Source of the DNA: Candidatus Omnitrophus magneticus
GTDB taxonomy: Bacteria; Omnitrophota; Gorgyraeia; Tantalellales; Tantalellaceae
Assembly: GCA_000954095.1 (NCBI GenBank)
Contig: JYNY01000232.1
Coordinates: 20,424-84,423 of the forward strand
Reading direction: 5' to 3'
DNA length: 64,000 nucleotides
Shown here: piece by piece, positions 1 through 7,989 of the stretch
Numbering within the stretch: position 1 is the first letter of the stretch
How the letters are laid out: each line of letters begins with the position of its first letter
Notes under the pieces: generated by a model
The model's database searches: none
The model's input: only the letters and a program-made list of their open reading frames with translations
What the model was told of the DNA's origin: nothing
Translations under genes and position numbers: made by a program

Positions 1-91
1 CTTCCGCGCCCATGGCTTTATGTTTTAAAATAGTTCCGCCGGCGCCAAGCGTCTCATCATCAGGATGGGGTGAAATAATAAGAGTTCTCAT
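1..91 (-). CDS. PIG-L/LmbE-family deacetylase, first 30 codons only (gene runs off the left edge)
   Basis: Minus-strand ATG at 89-91 abuts the stop of the next gene. Translation MRTLIISPHPDDETLGAGGTILKHKAMGAE contains the PHPDDE..G.GG signature of PIG-L deacetylases. Too short for the supplied ORF track. Confidence 0.65.
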   Translation of the reverse strand, partial: MRTLIISPHPDDETLGAGGTILKHKAMGAE

Positions 92-982
92 TTATAAAAT
101 TTCTCCTTCTTCAAATTTTATTTCTTTTGGTTCATATTCTAAAACATGAATAGCGTTTTCTCCGCATTTCACAACAAAACCTCCGTCAGGATAACACTTT
201 AAAACCCTGCCGTATTCAATATTGCGCCACGCGTCATTTTTTATTTCCCGCGCGCGCCATATTTTAATACGAGTTTCTTTATAAATAAAATCCGCGCCGA
301 CATAAGGTTTCGTAAGAGCGCGAATTAAATTATAGATAGAATACGACGACATGCGCCAGTCTATCTCACTGTCTTTATTTCTTCTTTTACGCCATACATT
401 AGATTTAGAATTGTCCTGTTTTATTTTTTTTGGAGAAAATATTGAAAGTGCCGGCAAAAATTCTTCAATCTGGCTAAGCGCGGACAAGGTAAGCTTTTCG
501 TATAAACTCCGCGCCGTATCTTCATAACTTATCGCTATTTCTCTCTGCGATAAAATATCTCCGGTATCAGCTCCTTCATCCATAAAAAAAAATGTTGAAC
601 CTGTTTTTTCTAAACCAAGCGCGAGTGCCCATACAATAGGATGCCTGCCTCTATTTTGGGGAAGTAACGACGGATGATATCCAATAACTCCATATTGCGG
701 GATATTGATTATTTCCTTATCCAAAAGTTTTGACCAGCCGATACAAAAAATATAATCCGGATTTTTATCTCTCAAATTTCTTTTAAACATCTCGCTATCC
801 ATATCATCCGCGTAAATAAAATCTATTTTTCCATCCCGCGCGATAGGCGCTAAATCTACGAAATCTGAATTAAATCCTGACTCGCGTAATCCCACAACCA
901 AATTTATGCCGACTTTAAGCTGGATAAGTTTTTCAAGCGTCCGCGCTGAAAACTCTACTGACCCGATAAAAATACCAGTCAT
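92..982 (-). CDS. Formyltransferase-fold protein (Fmt/ArnA-like N and C domains), probable sugar N-formyl/acyl transferase
   Basis: 296 aa. YHPSLLPQNRGRHPIVWAL and DEGADTGDIL match the H-x-SLLP-x-x-RG and Asp motifs of formyltransferases. ATG at 980-982. Lies inside a nonulosonic-acid sugar cluster. Confidence 0.8.
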   Translation of the reverse strand: MTGIFIGSVEFSARTLEKLIQLKVGINLVVGLRESGFNSDFVDLAPIARDGKIDFIYADDMDSEMFKRNLRDKNPDYIFCIGWSKLLDKEIINIPQYGVIGYHPSLLPQNRGRHPIVWALALGLEKTGSTFFFMDEGADTGDILSQREIAISYEDTARSLYEKLTLSALSQIEEFLPALSIFSPKKIKQDNSKSNVWRKRRNKDSEIDWRMSSYSIYNLIRALTKPYVGADFIYKETRIKIWRAREIKNDAWRNIEYGRVLKCYPDGGFVVKCGENAIHVLEYEPKEIKFEEGEIL

Positions 983-985
983 AAA

Positions 986-2044
986 TTAAAAATCTCCCAT
1001 TTGAATAATCTCGTCGTAAGCGATATCTCTTTGAGCTTTTTTGCCTATAATAAAATCTATCGCGCTCGGATTAAGCCCGTCTGCCGGCCTTTTAAAATCA
1101 AGCGCTACTAAAGTAAAAATCTCGCCTTTTTTAATATCCTTAGCGGCAACAATACTTCTTCTAAAAGCCCTTAAACGATCCTTACTTTCCCGAGTTTCAA
1201 TACGTGAAGAACCCAGCGCTTTATTTATCCGTTTAGATTCTTTAACTATTACAGCCATATCATTAGGATCCGCTGAAACTTTATGATCCCAGCCAAACAT
1301 ATTTTTATCAAGCGTGAAATGTTTCTCAATAATCGAAACGCCTTTTGTTACTGCCGCGAGCGGTATTGATGTTCCTAGCGTGTGATCTGAAAAACCTATA
1401 GGATAGGGATATATGGAACGTAGCGTATCAATATTATTTAAATTTACTTCTTCATCTTTCGGCGGATAAATAGAAACACAATGGAGAATAACTATTTTAT
1501 TATTGCCGGCGCTTTCAATAGCCCGCACTGCCTCATCAATTTCGCTTAAAGAGCTAAGGCCCGTGGCAATAACTATCGGAATCCCAAAAGAAGCCGCGTA
1601 TTTCAAAAATGGATAATTGTTTAAATCCATTGACGCGATTTTAATAAAAGGCACATTCATCTTTTCAACAAGAAAATCCACTTCTTTTTTGGAAAACGGG
1701 GTTGAAACACAGGTAATACCTGCTTTTTCCGCAAAGCCTTTCATCTCTAAAAGTTCTTCTTCGCTTATTGAAAACTCACTAACTATTTGCTCGAGAGTGT
1801 AATCTTTTCTGTTTCTATAATCATCAGCTAAAAAATAATTTTCATTGTAAACTTTTTTTGAAAATATAGAATCCTTTGACCATGATTGAAACTTTACAGC
1901 ATCCGCTCCGGCTTCTTTGGCTTTGACAATAAGTTCTTTCGCGAGTTTCATATCCCCATTATGATTTGACCCGAGTTCCGCGATTATGTAAGGTTCACAA
2001 AAATTATAAACTTCTTTACTGTTAGTCAACTGTACCCGTTTCAT
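986..2044 (-). CDS. NeuB-family nonulosonic acid synthase (N-acetylneuraminate / legionaminate / pseudaminate synthase type)
   Basis: 352 aa. EPYIIAELGSNHNGDMKLAKELIVKAKEAGADAVKFQ is the classic NeuB N-terminal motif, and the C-terminal SAF-like tail is present. The stop overlaps the next gene. Confidence 0.88.
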   Translation of the reverse strand: MKRVQLTNSKEVYNFCEPYIIAELGSNHNGDMKLAKELIVKAKEAGADAVKFQSWSKDSIFSKKVYNENYFLADDYRNRKDYTLEQIVSEFSISEEELLEMKGFAEKAGITCVSTPFSKKEVDFLVEKMNVPFIKIASMDLNNYPFLKYAASFGIPIVIATGLSSLSEIDEAVRAIESAGNNKIVILHCVSIYPPKDEEVNLNNIDTLRSIYPYPIGFSDHTLGTSIPLAAVTKGVSIIEKHFTLDKNMFGWDHKVSADPNDMAVIVKESKRINKALGSSRIETRESKDRLRAFRRSIVAAKDIKKGEIFTLVALDFKRPADGLNPSAIDFIIGKKAQRDIAYDEIIQMGDF

Positions 2045-2949
2045 AAATTTAACTCCTCAGGCAATTTTATTTCTTCCCACCAGAACGGATGAAAAATACT
2101 GATATTTTTTACACTCTCAAAATATTTTTTTTTATAAGAACCATCTTTCATTTTTTCAGAGAACGCTAAAAATCGGTCAAACAAAATATGCCATTTTAAA
2201 TCATACGCGGAAAGCGCCGCGTAATTTGACAATTTAGCTTCTATTCCGCGTTCTATTTTTTTCTCTGTAATAACGCCGTTTAGCCCAGTAGTGTTCCCTT
2301 CATAAATTCTGTAGAAACTAGTAGTCTCATCCGTAAAAACCGCATTAACTCCGGACTTTATCAAATAGCTGTACAAATACCAGTCAACCGCTGTTAAGTT
2401 TTTATTAAACTCCGGCAATTCTTTAAGGCATGAAGTTCTTATAGCTGTATTAGTAAAACCGCATATATTTTTATTCATTACAAAACTTAAATCTATCGGC
2501 GTCATATCCTTTATTCTTCTGGATAAATAAGCTGGCTCGATATCGCCGTGTTCAAACATTACTGTGAGGTCATTGATTACAATATCAAAATTTTTAAGAA
2601 ATTCTGAAGTTTTTTCAACTCTATTTTCGCTGTAAAAATCATCCATATCCGCGAAAATAATATTTTCATATCCGGCTGACTTTAACATTTTTAAGCCGTT
2701 AAATCTTATTTCAGCGGGAGTTCCGGATACGGAAACTTCTATAATATTTAAATCATATTTCGATTTATACGCTTCTATATTTTTAAACCCGTCATTCAAA
2801 AGAATCACATCAAAATCTTTTTTAGTTTGAGAATTAAAAGAATCCAGCGCGTCATGAAGATATTTTTCCAATAACGGAAAAATCACACCCATGATAGCTA
2901 TATTATTTTTCTTATTCATACCTATAATCGTTTCACTTTGCAGGAACAC
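2041..2949 (-). CDS. Glycosyltransferase-like protein (GT-A-like, DxD-type ADMDD motif)
   Basis: The track ORF begins at a GTG (2947-2949). The first ATG is at 2917-2919 (MNKKNNIAIMGV...), which would leave a 13-nt gap after the upstream stop. NSQTKKDFDVILLNDG and FADMDDF resemble GT-A folds. The family assignment is weak. Confidence 0.45.
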   Translation of the reverse strand: MFLQSETIIGMNKKNNIAIMGVIFPLLEKYLHDALDSFNSQTKKDFDVILLNDGFKNIEAYKSKYDLNIIEVSVSGTPAEIRFNGLKMLKSAGYENIIFADMDDFYSENRVEKTSEFLKNFDIVINDLTVMFEHGDIEPAYLSRRIKDMTPIDLSFVMNKNICGFTNTAIRTSCLKELPEFNKNLTAVDWYLYSYLIKSGVNAVFTDETTSFYRIYEGNTTGLNGVITEKKIERGIEAKLSNYAALSAYDLKWHILFDRFLAFSEKMKDGSYKKKYFESVKNISIFHPFWWEEIKLPEELNL

Positions 2950-3568
2950 CTTTAACCAGAACTCCTTCTTTTATATCGCGTATAACCACGCTACCCGCGC
3001 CGACACACGCATTCCATCCTATTTTTATTCCATGAATCAAAATAGATCCGGCTCCGACAAACGTACCGTCTCCGACTTCACACGCGCCTGATAAAACCGA
3101 CCCCGGGCACACATGAATATGTTTCCCGACTTTACAATCATGTTCGATAATCGCGCCTGTGTTAATAATCGTATTATTCCCTATAAATGCGTCCGCCTGT
3201 ATAATAACACCCGCCATTATTTGCGCGCCTTCCATTATTTTTGCGGACAAAGAAACAATGGCTCTCGGATGAACTAATGCCGGCACGTTAAAACCGTATT
3301 CTTTAACTCTTTCATAAAGCTGAATTCTTTTAGTATTATCACGCACACTTCCTATTCCTATGCACGCTTTTTTTATTCCTTTATTATAAATTTCTCTAAG
3401 GATAGTATCATCGCCTAATATAGGTACATTGCAAAAAGACGCGCTTGTTTCTTTTGGGGCAAGAATACCGTAAATATCATACTCTCCTACTTCTTTAATC
3501 AACTCTACTAAAACCTTCGCATGCCCGCCGGCACCGAGTATAATAATTTTTTCTTTTGTTTTTTTCAT
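2933..3568 (-). CDS. NeuD/PglB-family hexapeptide-repeat sugar N-acetyltransferase
   Basis: 211 aa. The N-terminal Rossmann-like KIIILGAGGHAKVLVELI is followed by left-handed beta-helix hexapeptide repeats (IGNNTIINTGAIIEHDCKVGKHIHVCPGSVLSG). Confidence 0.8.
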   Translation of the reverse strand: MKKTKEKIIILGAGGHAKVLVELIKEVGEYDIYGILAPKETSASFCNVPILGDDTILREIYNKGIKKACIGIGSVRDNTKRIQLYERVKEYGFNVPALVHPRAIVSLSAKIMEGAQIMAGVIIQADAFIGNNTIINTGAIIEHDCKVGKHIHVCPGSVLSGACEVGDGTFVGAGSILIHGIKIGWNACVGAGSVVIRDIKEGVLVKGVPAK

Positions 3569-3758
3569 AAAGCCTATTCCAAATTCATAACATTCTCAGC
3601 TTAACCGCGAAAAATTTTAGTTGCAATTAGTTGCAATTAATATCACAAAAATAGTAATCACCAAGCGGATGGTAATTGCAAGCTTGATTATTAACGTTGT
3701 GATGTCTCAAGAAGCTATATCTGTTATAACCATTCCAAAAATATCATAAAACCCTTAT

Positions 3759-3789
3759 GGATTCCCGCTTTCGCGGGAATGACAGAATG
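3759..3789 (-). repeat. Hairpin repeat family 1 (CATTCTGTCATTCCCGC-GAAA-GCGGGAATCC), inverted copy
   Basis: GGATTCCCGCTTTCGCGGGAATGACAGAATG is the exact reverse complement of the 6189-6219 copy. Confidence 0.9.
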
Positions 3790-3796
3790 AGGTTTT

Positions 3797-3844
3797 CTAA
3801 AGGACTATAGAAAAGTTTATTACCAATCGCTTAGTAATTATCAC
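3797..3844 (+). repeat. Intergenic repeat family 3 (CTAAAGGA.ATAGAAAAGTTTATTAC.AA.CGCTTAGT.ATT)
   Basis: Recurs at 12231-12274 in the same orientation and at 36911-36954 inverted. Shorter related pieces (GTAAT.AC.AAGCGGATG.TAAT, TAATT.CAAGCTT.ATTATT) occur at 3654-3690, 10733-10755 and 22453-22486. Confidence 0.8.
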
Positions 3845-3920
3845 AACTATATTGTTGCCCCGCATTAAATTTGATTACAATGTTTATTTTCGAACTTAAT
3901 TACTCATCATCCCATAAAAT

Positions 3921-5111
3921 TTATTTTACAGAAAAATACTCCGCGATTTTTTCCACGATATAATTTATTTCATCTTCTTTCAACGTCACACTACAAGGAA
4001 TGTTTATAGCTGTCTCATACAATACCGACGCGGATTCTATTTTATACGTTTCACATTCTTTATACATTGGGAGCGTATGCATAAGTTGCCATACAGGTCT
4101 TACCTGTATATTCGCATTAAGGAGAAAATCCATCAATGGTTTTTTATGAGATACCGCAGATTTAATCGTATAAAACCAAAAATTACTTTTCACATCTTTA
4201 GTTTCCCAAACAAATTCTATTTTATCCCTTGTCACCGGATTATCTTTTAAAAGCCGGCGGTATAATTCCGCGTTTTTTCTTTTTATCGTTATAAATTCTT
4301 CCAGTTTTTCCATTTGCGCGACACCCATCGCAGACTGAATATTAGTCAGACGATAATTATAACCTATTTCATCATGAGCGTATTCAAACGGGTTTAGTTT
4401 AGCTTGAGTGCTTAAATGGCGGACTTTATCAGCAATATATTTATCATTAGTAACAACCATCCCGCCTCCGCCTGTTGTAATTATCTTATTGCCGTTAAAG
4501 GAAAGACATCCTGAAACTCCAAAAGCGCCTGTTTTAAGGCCTTTGTAACTAGACCCTAAACTTTCTGTGGCATCTTCAATTAATTCTATTTTATTTTCAG
4601 CGCATATATCTAATAATTCATCCATCTCCGCGGGATGTCCAAAAATATGGACAGGGATAAAAGCTTTTATACGCCTTGCTGTTTTTTTATTATAAAGAAA
4701 ACCGTCTTGACGGCGCAAACACTCATTTTTTAAAAAATCACAAGTTTTCCCCGCGTCCACGCAAAATGTATCTTTATCCGCGTCCATAAAAACAGGATAC
4801 GCGTTAACATATTTTACCGCGTTTACAGGCGCTATAAAGGTAAGCGCGGGAACAATAACTTCATCGCCCGACAAAACTCCGCTAGCTAATAAGGCTAAAT
4901 GTAACGCGCTCGTTCCATTAACCACAGCCACCGCGTAACGAGTTCCCAAATAAGACTTAACTATTTCTTCAAATTTATCAACATATTTACCGCTGGAAGA
5001 AACCCATCCTGTATCAAGGCACTCTTTAATATATTTCCATTCATTGCCGCTTACTGACGGCTCAGAAAGAGGAATTAATTTTTCTATTTTTTTAGACATT
5101 GTAGATATCAT
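3921..5111 (-). CDS. DegT/DnrJ/EryC1-family PLP-dependent sugar aminotransferase
   Basis: 396 aa with family-typical motifs, including the PLP-lysine region LSFNGNKIITTGGGGMVVTND. An alternative ATG lies at 5097-5099. Overlaps the upstream dehydratase stop. Confidence 0.85.
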   Translation of the reverse strand: MISTMSKKIEKLIPLSEPSVSGNEWKYIKECLDTGWVSSSGKYVDKFEEIVKSYLGTRYAVAVVNGTSALHLALLASGVLSGDEVIVPALTFIAPVNAVKYVNAYPVFMDADKDTFCVDAGKTCDFLKNECLRRQDGFLYNKKTARRIKAFIPVHIFGHPAEMDELLDICAENKIELIEDATESLGSSYKGLKTGAFGVSGCLSFNGNKIITTGGGGMVVTNDKYIADKVRHLSTQAKLNPFEYAHDEIGYNYRLTNIQSAMGVAQMEKLEEFITIKRKNAELYRRLLKDNPVTRDKIEFVWETKDVKSNFWFYTIKSAVSHKKPLMDFLLNANIQVRPVWQLMHTLPMYKECETYKIESASVLYETAINIPCSVTLKEDEINYIVEKIAEYFSVK

Positions 5112-6090
5112 GTTTATATCTCTCTAAATTTTTCTTATCTCTAAACCATTTAATTGTTTCTTTTAAACCATCTTCCAAAGAAAATTTCGGCCGCCACGGC
5201 GTCAATGTTTTTATAACAGTATTATTAGCGATAAGCCTTTCAACCTCGCTTTTTTCAGCGCGCTTACGCGCGTCTTCTGAAATTACCTTCACATCCGCGC
5301 CTATAAACCGTTTAATAAGCTGAAACAAATCCCCCATGGATATTTCCGTACCGGAGCCGATATTAATAGCACGCCCGCAAACAGAGTCGCACTCAGCAAG
5401 ACTGACAAATCCCGAACACGTATCTAAAACATAATTCAAATCTCTTGTGGGAGAAAGAGCGCCAAGTTTTATTTCTTTAGCACCGCTTAAAATCTGCGTT
5501 ATTATTGTGGGGATAATAGCCCTAGCAGATTGCCGTGGACCGTATGTGTTAAAAGGCCTTGCGATTACTATAGGTAAATCAAACGATCTATAAAAACTAT
5601 CAGCTAAAGCATCAGCGCCAATTTTTGTGGCGGAATAAGGCGATTGCCCTTTTAAGGGATGTTTCTCATCTATCGGCACATATTCACTAGTGCCGTAAAC
5701 TTCTGATGTGGAAGTTACAATTATTTTCGACACTTTCAAATCGCGCGCTGATTGAAGGATATTAAGCGTGCCTTTCACATTAGTATCAATATAAGAATCC
5801 GGCGAATGATAAGAAAATGGGATTCCTATTAACGCGGCTAAATGAAAAACAATATCCGCGCCTTTAACCGCGGAACGAACACCATTTGGATCTCGAATAT
5901 CGCCTGAAAAAATTTCTATATTTTTTAACTTCTCCGACGCAAAAGTATCAAGCCATCCCCATGAATTAAATGAATTGTAATACACAAACGCCTTTACCGC
6001 GCATCCCGCGGCAAGCAAACACTCAACAAGATGACTCCCTATAAAACCATCAGCGCCTGTAATCAAAACTTTTTTATTTGATATGTTCAT
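5092..6090 (-). CDS. NAD-dependent sugar 4,6-dehydratase/epimerase (extended SDR)
   Basis: VLITGADGFIGSHLV Rossmann motif plus YSATK catalytic motif. I prefer the ATG at 6088-6090 (MNISNKK...), which has AAGGA 7 nt upstream, over the track start at 6123. Confidence 0.8.
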   Translation of the reverse strand: MNISNKKVLITGADGFIGSHLVECLLAAGCAVKAFVYYNSFNSWGWLDTFASEKLKNIEIFSGDIRDPNGVRSAVKGADIVFHLAALIGIPFSYHSPDSYIDTNVKGTLNILQSARDLKVSKIIVTSTSEVYGTSEYVPIDEKHPLKGQSPYSATKIGADALADSFYRSFDLPIVIARPFNTYGPRQSARAIIPTIITQILSGAKEIKLGALSPTRDLNYVLDTCSGFVSLAECDSVCGRAINIGSGTEISMGDLFQLIKRFIGADVKVISEDARKRAEKSEVERLIANNTVIKTLTPWRPKFSLEDGLKETIKWFRDKKNLERYKHDIYNV

Positions 6091-6166
6091 ATGTTTTCCT
6101 TGAATAGAGTTCTTGCAAAACACATAAAAAAGAGATAAAAATCTTTCTGTGTCCTTTAAAAAATTT

Positions 6167-6292
6167 CATTCTGTCATTCCCGCTTTCTCATTCTGTCATT
6201 CCCGCGAAAGCGGGAATCCATACAGGTTTTATAATATTTTAAAAATATTTATAATTTTGAGTTGTTAAATCCAGTTACGCAAAAACTCTAAT
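6167..6292 (+). repeat. Hairpin repeat family 1 (half copy 6167-6183, full copy 6189-6219) plus adjacent family 2 tail
   Basis: The full hairpin has an 8-bp stem ATTCCCGC/GCGGGAAT with loop GAAA. The tail ATACAGGTTTTATAATATTTTAAAAATATTTATAATTTTGAGTTGTTAAAT..AGTTACGCAA.AACTCTA recurs at 37151-37225, and inverted at 59927-59965. Confidence 0.9.
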
Positions 6293-6546
6293 ATTATACA
6301 TGACAAATAGCTATCATCACGTAACGCCCCGCTACACGAAATCGCGGGTAGCACGCACCGCGGCTTTTTGCAGGCGCCATAATTCAAGCTTAAACCGAAA
6401 AACTGCATTTGTCCATAGCGAATAATGCGAATCTCTCTGGCTAAAAGGCTTAAAAAAACGCGTAAAAAAATAAAAAAATTTTATTTTTTTTATTGCGCGC
6501 GAGAACCCATCCTTTGTCTTTCCACAACAAATACATATAAACAAAC

Positions 6547-7521
6547 TTATATTCTTCCTTTAGCGCGCAATTCGCTTTCTATCCATTTATATGTTCTCTT
6601 TATACCTTCTTCAAGCGATACCACGGGTTCCCATTTTAAAACTTCTCTAAGACGTGTATTATCACTATTTCTACCACGAACTCCCTGCGGTTTACTTAAA
6701 TCATACTCTTTAACTATTTTTTTACCCGCGGATTTACAGGCGATATCAACCAATTCATCCACACTAATAAGCCTATCCTGCCCTAAATTAAGCGGTTTAA
6801 AATAATCAGAACGCATGAGACTATAAATACCTTCCACGCAATCATCAATGTAACAATAAGACCTAGTTTGTTTACCGTCGCCCCAAACTTCTATTTTTTC
6901 TCCGTCTTTAGCTAACGCGACTTTTCTACATATCGCGGCAGGAGACTTTTCCCTTCCGCCTTCATACGCGCCAAGCGGCCCGAAAATATTATGAAACCTT
7001 ACGATATGTGTTTTTAAACGATAATCCTCATTATAATATTGCGACGCTAATTCCGAAAAAAGTTTTTCCCATCCATATCCCGGCTCACTATCCGCGGGAT
7101 AAGCGTCTTCTTCTTTAAGCATTTTAACCTTAGCATCTTGCTGTAAATACTGCGGATAAACACACGCGGAACTTGTGTATAAATAATTCTGAATATTATT
7201 GACACGCGCGGCCTCTAACATATGAAGATTTATTAACGCGTTATTTCGTAATACAAGCGCGTGAGAACTAGAAATATATCCAATCCCGCCCATATCCGCG
7301 GCAAGCTGATAAACCTCTTGAACACCGCGGCACGCCTTTATGCAATTATCAAATTCCCGTAAATCTAAAAGCACGAACTCATCCGCGCTTGTTTTCTCGT
7401 ACTGCGGTTCTTTTATATCCACACCGCGAACCCAATATCCCTTATTTTTTAAATATTTTACAAGATGGTGCCCGATAAACCCCCCGGCACCTGTAACAAG
7501 AACTTTAATTTTACTATTCAT
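6547..7521 (-). CDS. NAD-dependent nucleotide-sugar epimerase, GDP-mannose 3,5-epimerase-like
   Basis: VLVTGAGGFIGHHL and LAADMGGIGYISSSHALVLRNNALINLHMLEAAR...SSACVYP resemble GME-type SDRs. ATG at 7519-7521 (MNSKIKV...) is preferred over the longer track ORF. Confidence 0.72.
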   Translation of the reverse strand: MNSKIKVLVTGAGGFIGHHLVKYLKNKGYWVRGVDIKEPQYEKTSADEFVLLDLREFDNCIKACRGVQEVYQLAADMGGIGYISSSHALVLRNNALINLHMLEAARVNNIQNYLYTSSACVYPQYLQQDAKVKMLKEEDAYPADSEPGYGWEKLFSELASQYYNEDYRLKTHIVRFHNIFGPLGAYEGGREKSPAAICRKVALAKDGEKIEVWGDGKQTRSYCYIDDCVEGIYSLMRSDYFKPLNLGQDRLISVDELVDIACKSAGKKIVKEYDLSKPQGVRGRNSDNTRLREVLKWEPVVSLEEGIKRTYKWIESELRAKGRI

Positions 7522-7688
7522 TTCTATACCCCTTTCAAAATATAAATAATAAATTCTTCCCAATAAAAATTACATTTTATTTCATATTACATAAAAATAT
7601 CCAGCATATTTCTTACATTAAAAAATTTTTATCCCAAAAACTAGAATTCCCCTTGAATAAAGAAGGCTAAGATGTTCGCAATAAAAGG

Positions 7689-7777
7689 CGCCTAGTTCAA
7701 GTTGCGAATGCAAAAAATACTAGTTTATAATAAATATTTTTTACCATTTATTTTAAAATTGTTATAAATTTTTGATA
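7689..7777 (+). repeat. Intergenic repeat family 4, copy 1
   Basis: CGCCTAGTTCAAGTTGCGAATGCAAAAAATACTAGTTTATAATAAATATTTTTTACC.TTTATT... is shared with 10835-10923, 12300-12367 and 37273-37341. Confidence 0.9.
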
Positions 7778-7989
7778 ATACAAGGCTTGCGAGCAAAAAT
7801 GACGAAAGCATATTCTTTGCAATACGCTGAGGATATTTTTTCGAGCTTAACTGAGTAGTATCAGAAATTTAGAGACATTTTACCGAAGGCCTATTGCAAA
7901 ATCTAGGTTTATGCGACAGGCTGTTAGGTCCCACAAATACAATTCGCCATGACAAATAATGCTACGATGTTCGAGATACATTTTTTTGG

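Noticed and set aside
3618-3637. Tandem duplication TAGTTGCAAT x2
   Set aside because: It has only two units of 10 bp, too short to call a functional repeat. It was noted only as part of the repeat-rich spacer.
6332-6805. ORFs 6332-6544 (-) and 6425-6805 (+) in and beside the 6124-6546 spacer
   Set aside because: They run through repeat modules and into the epimerase gene on the wrong strand. Their translations are implausible and they lack an RBS.
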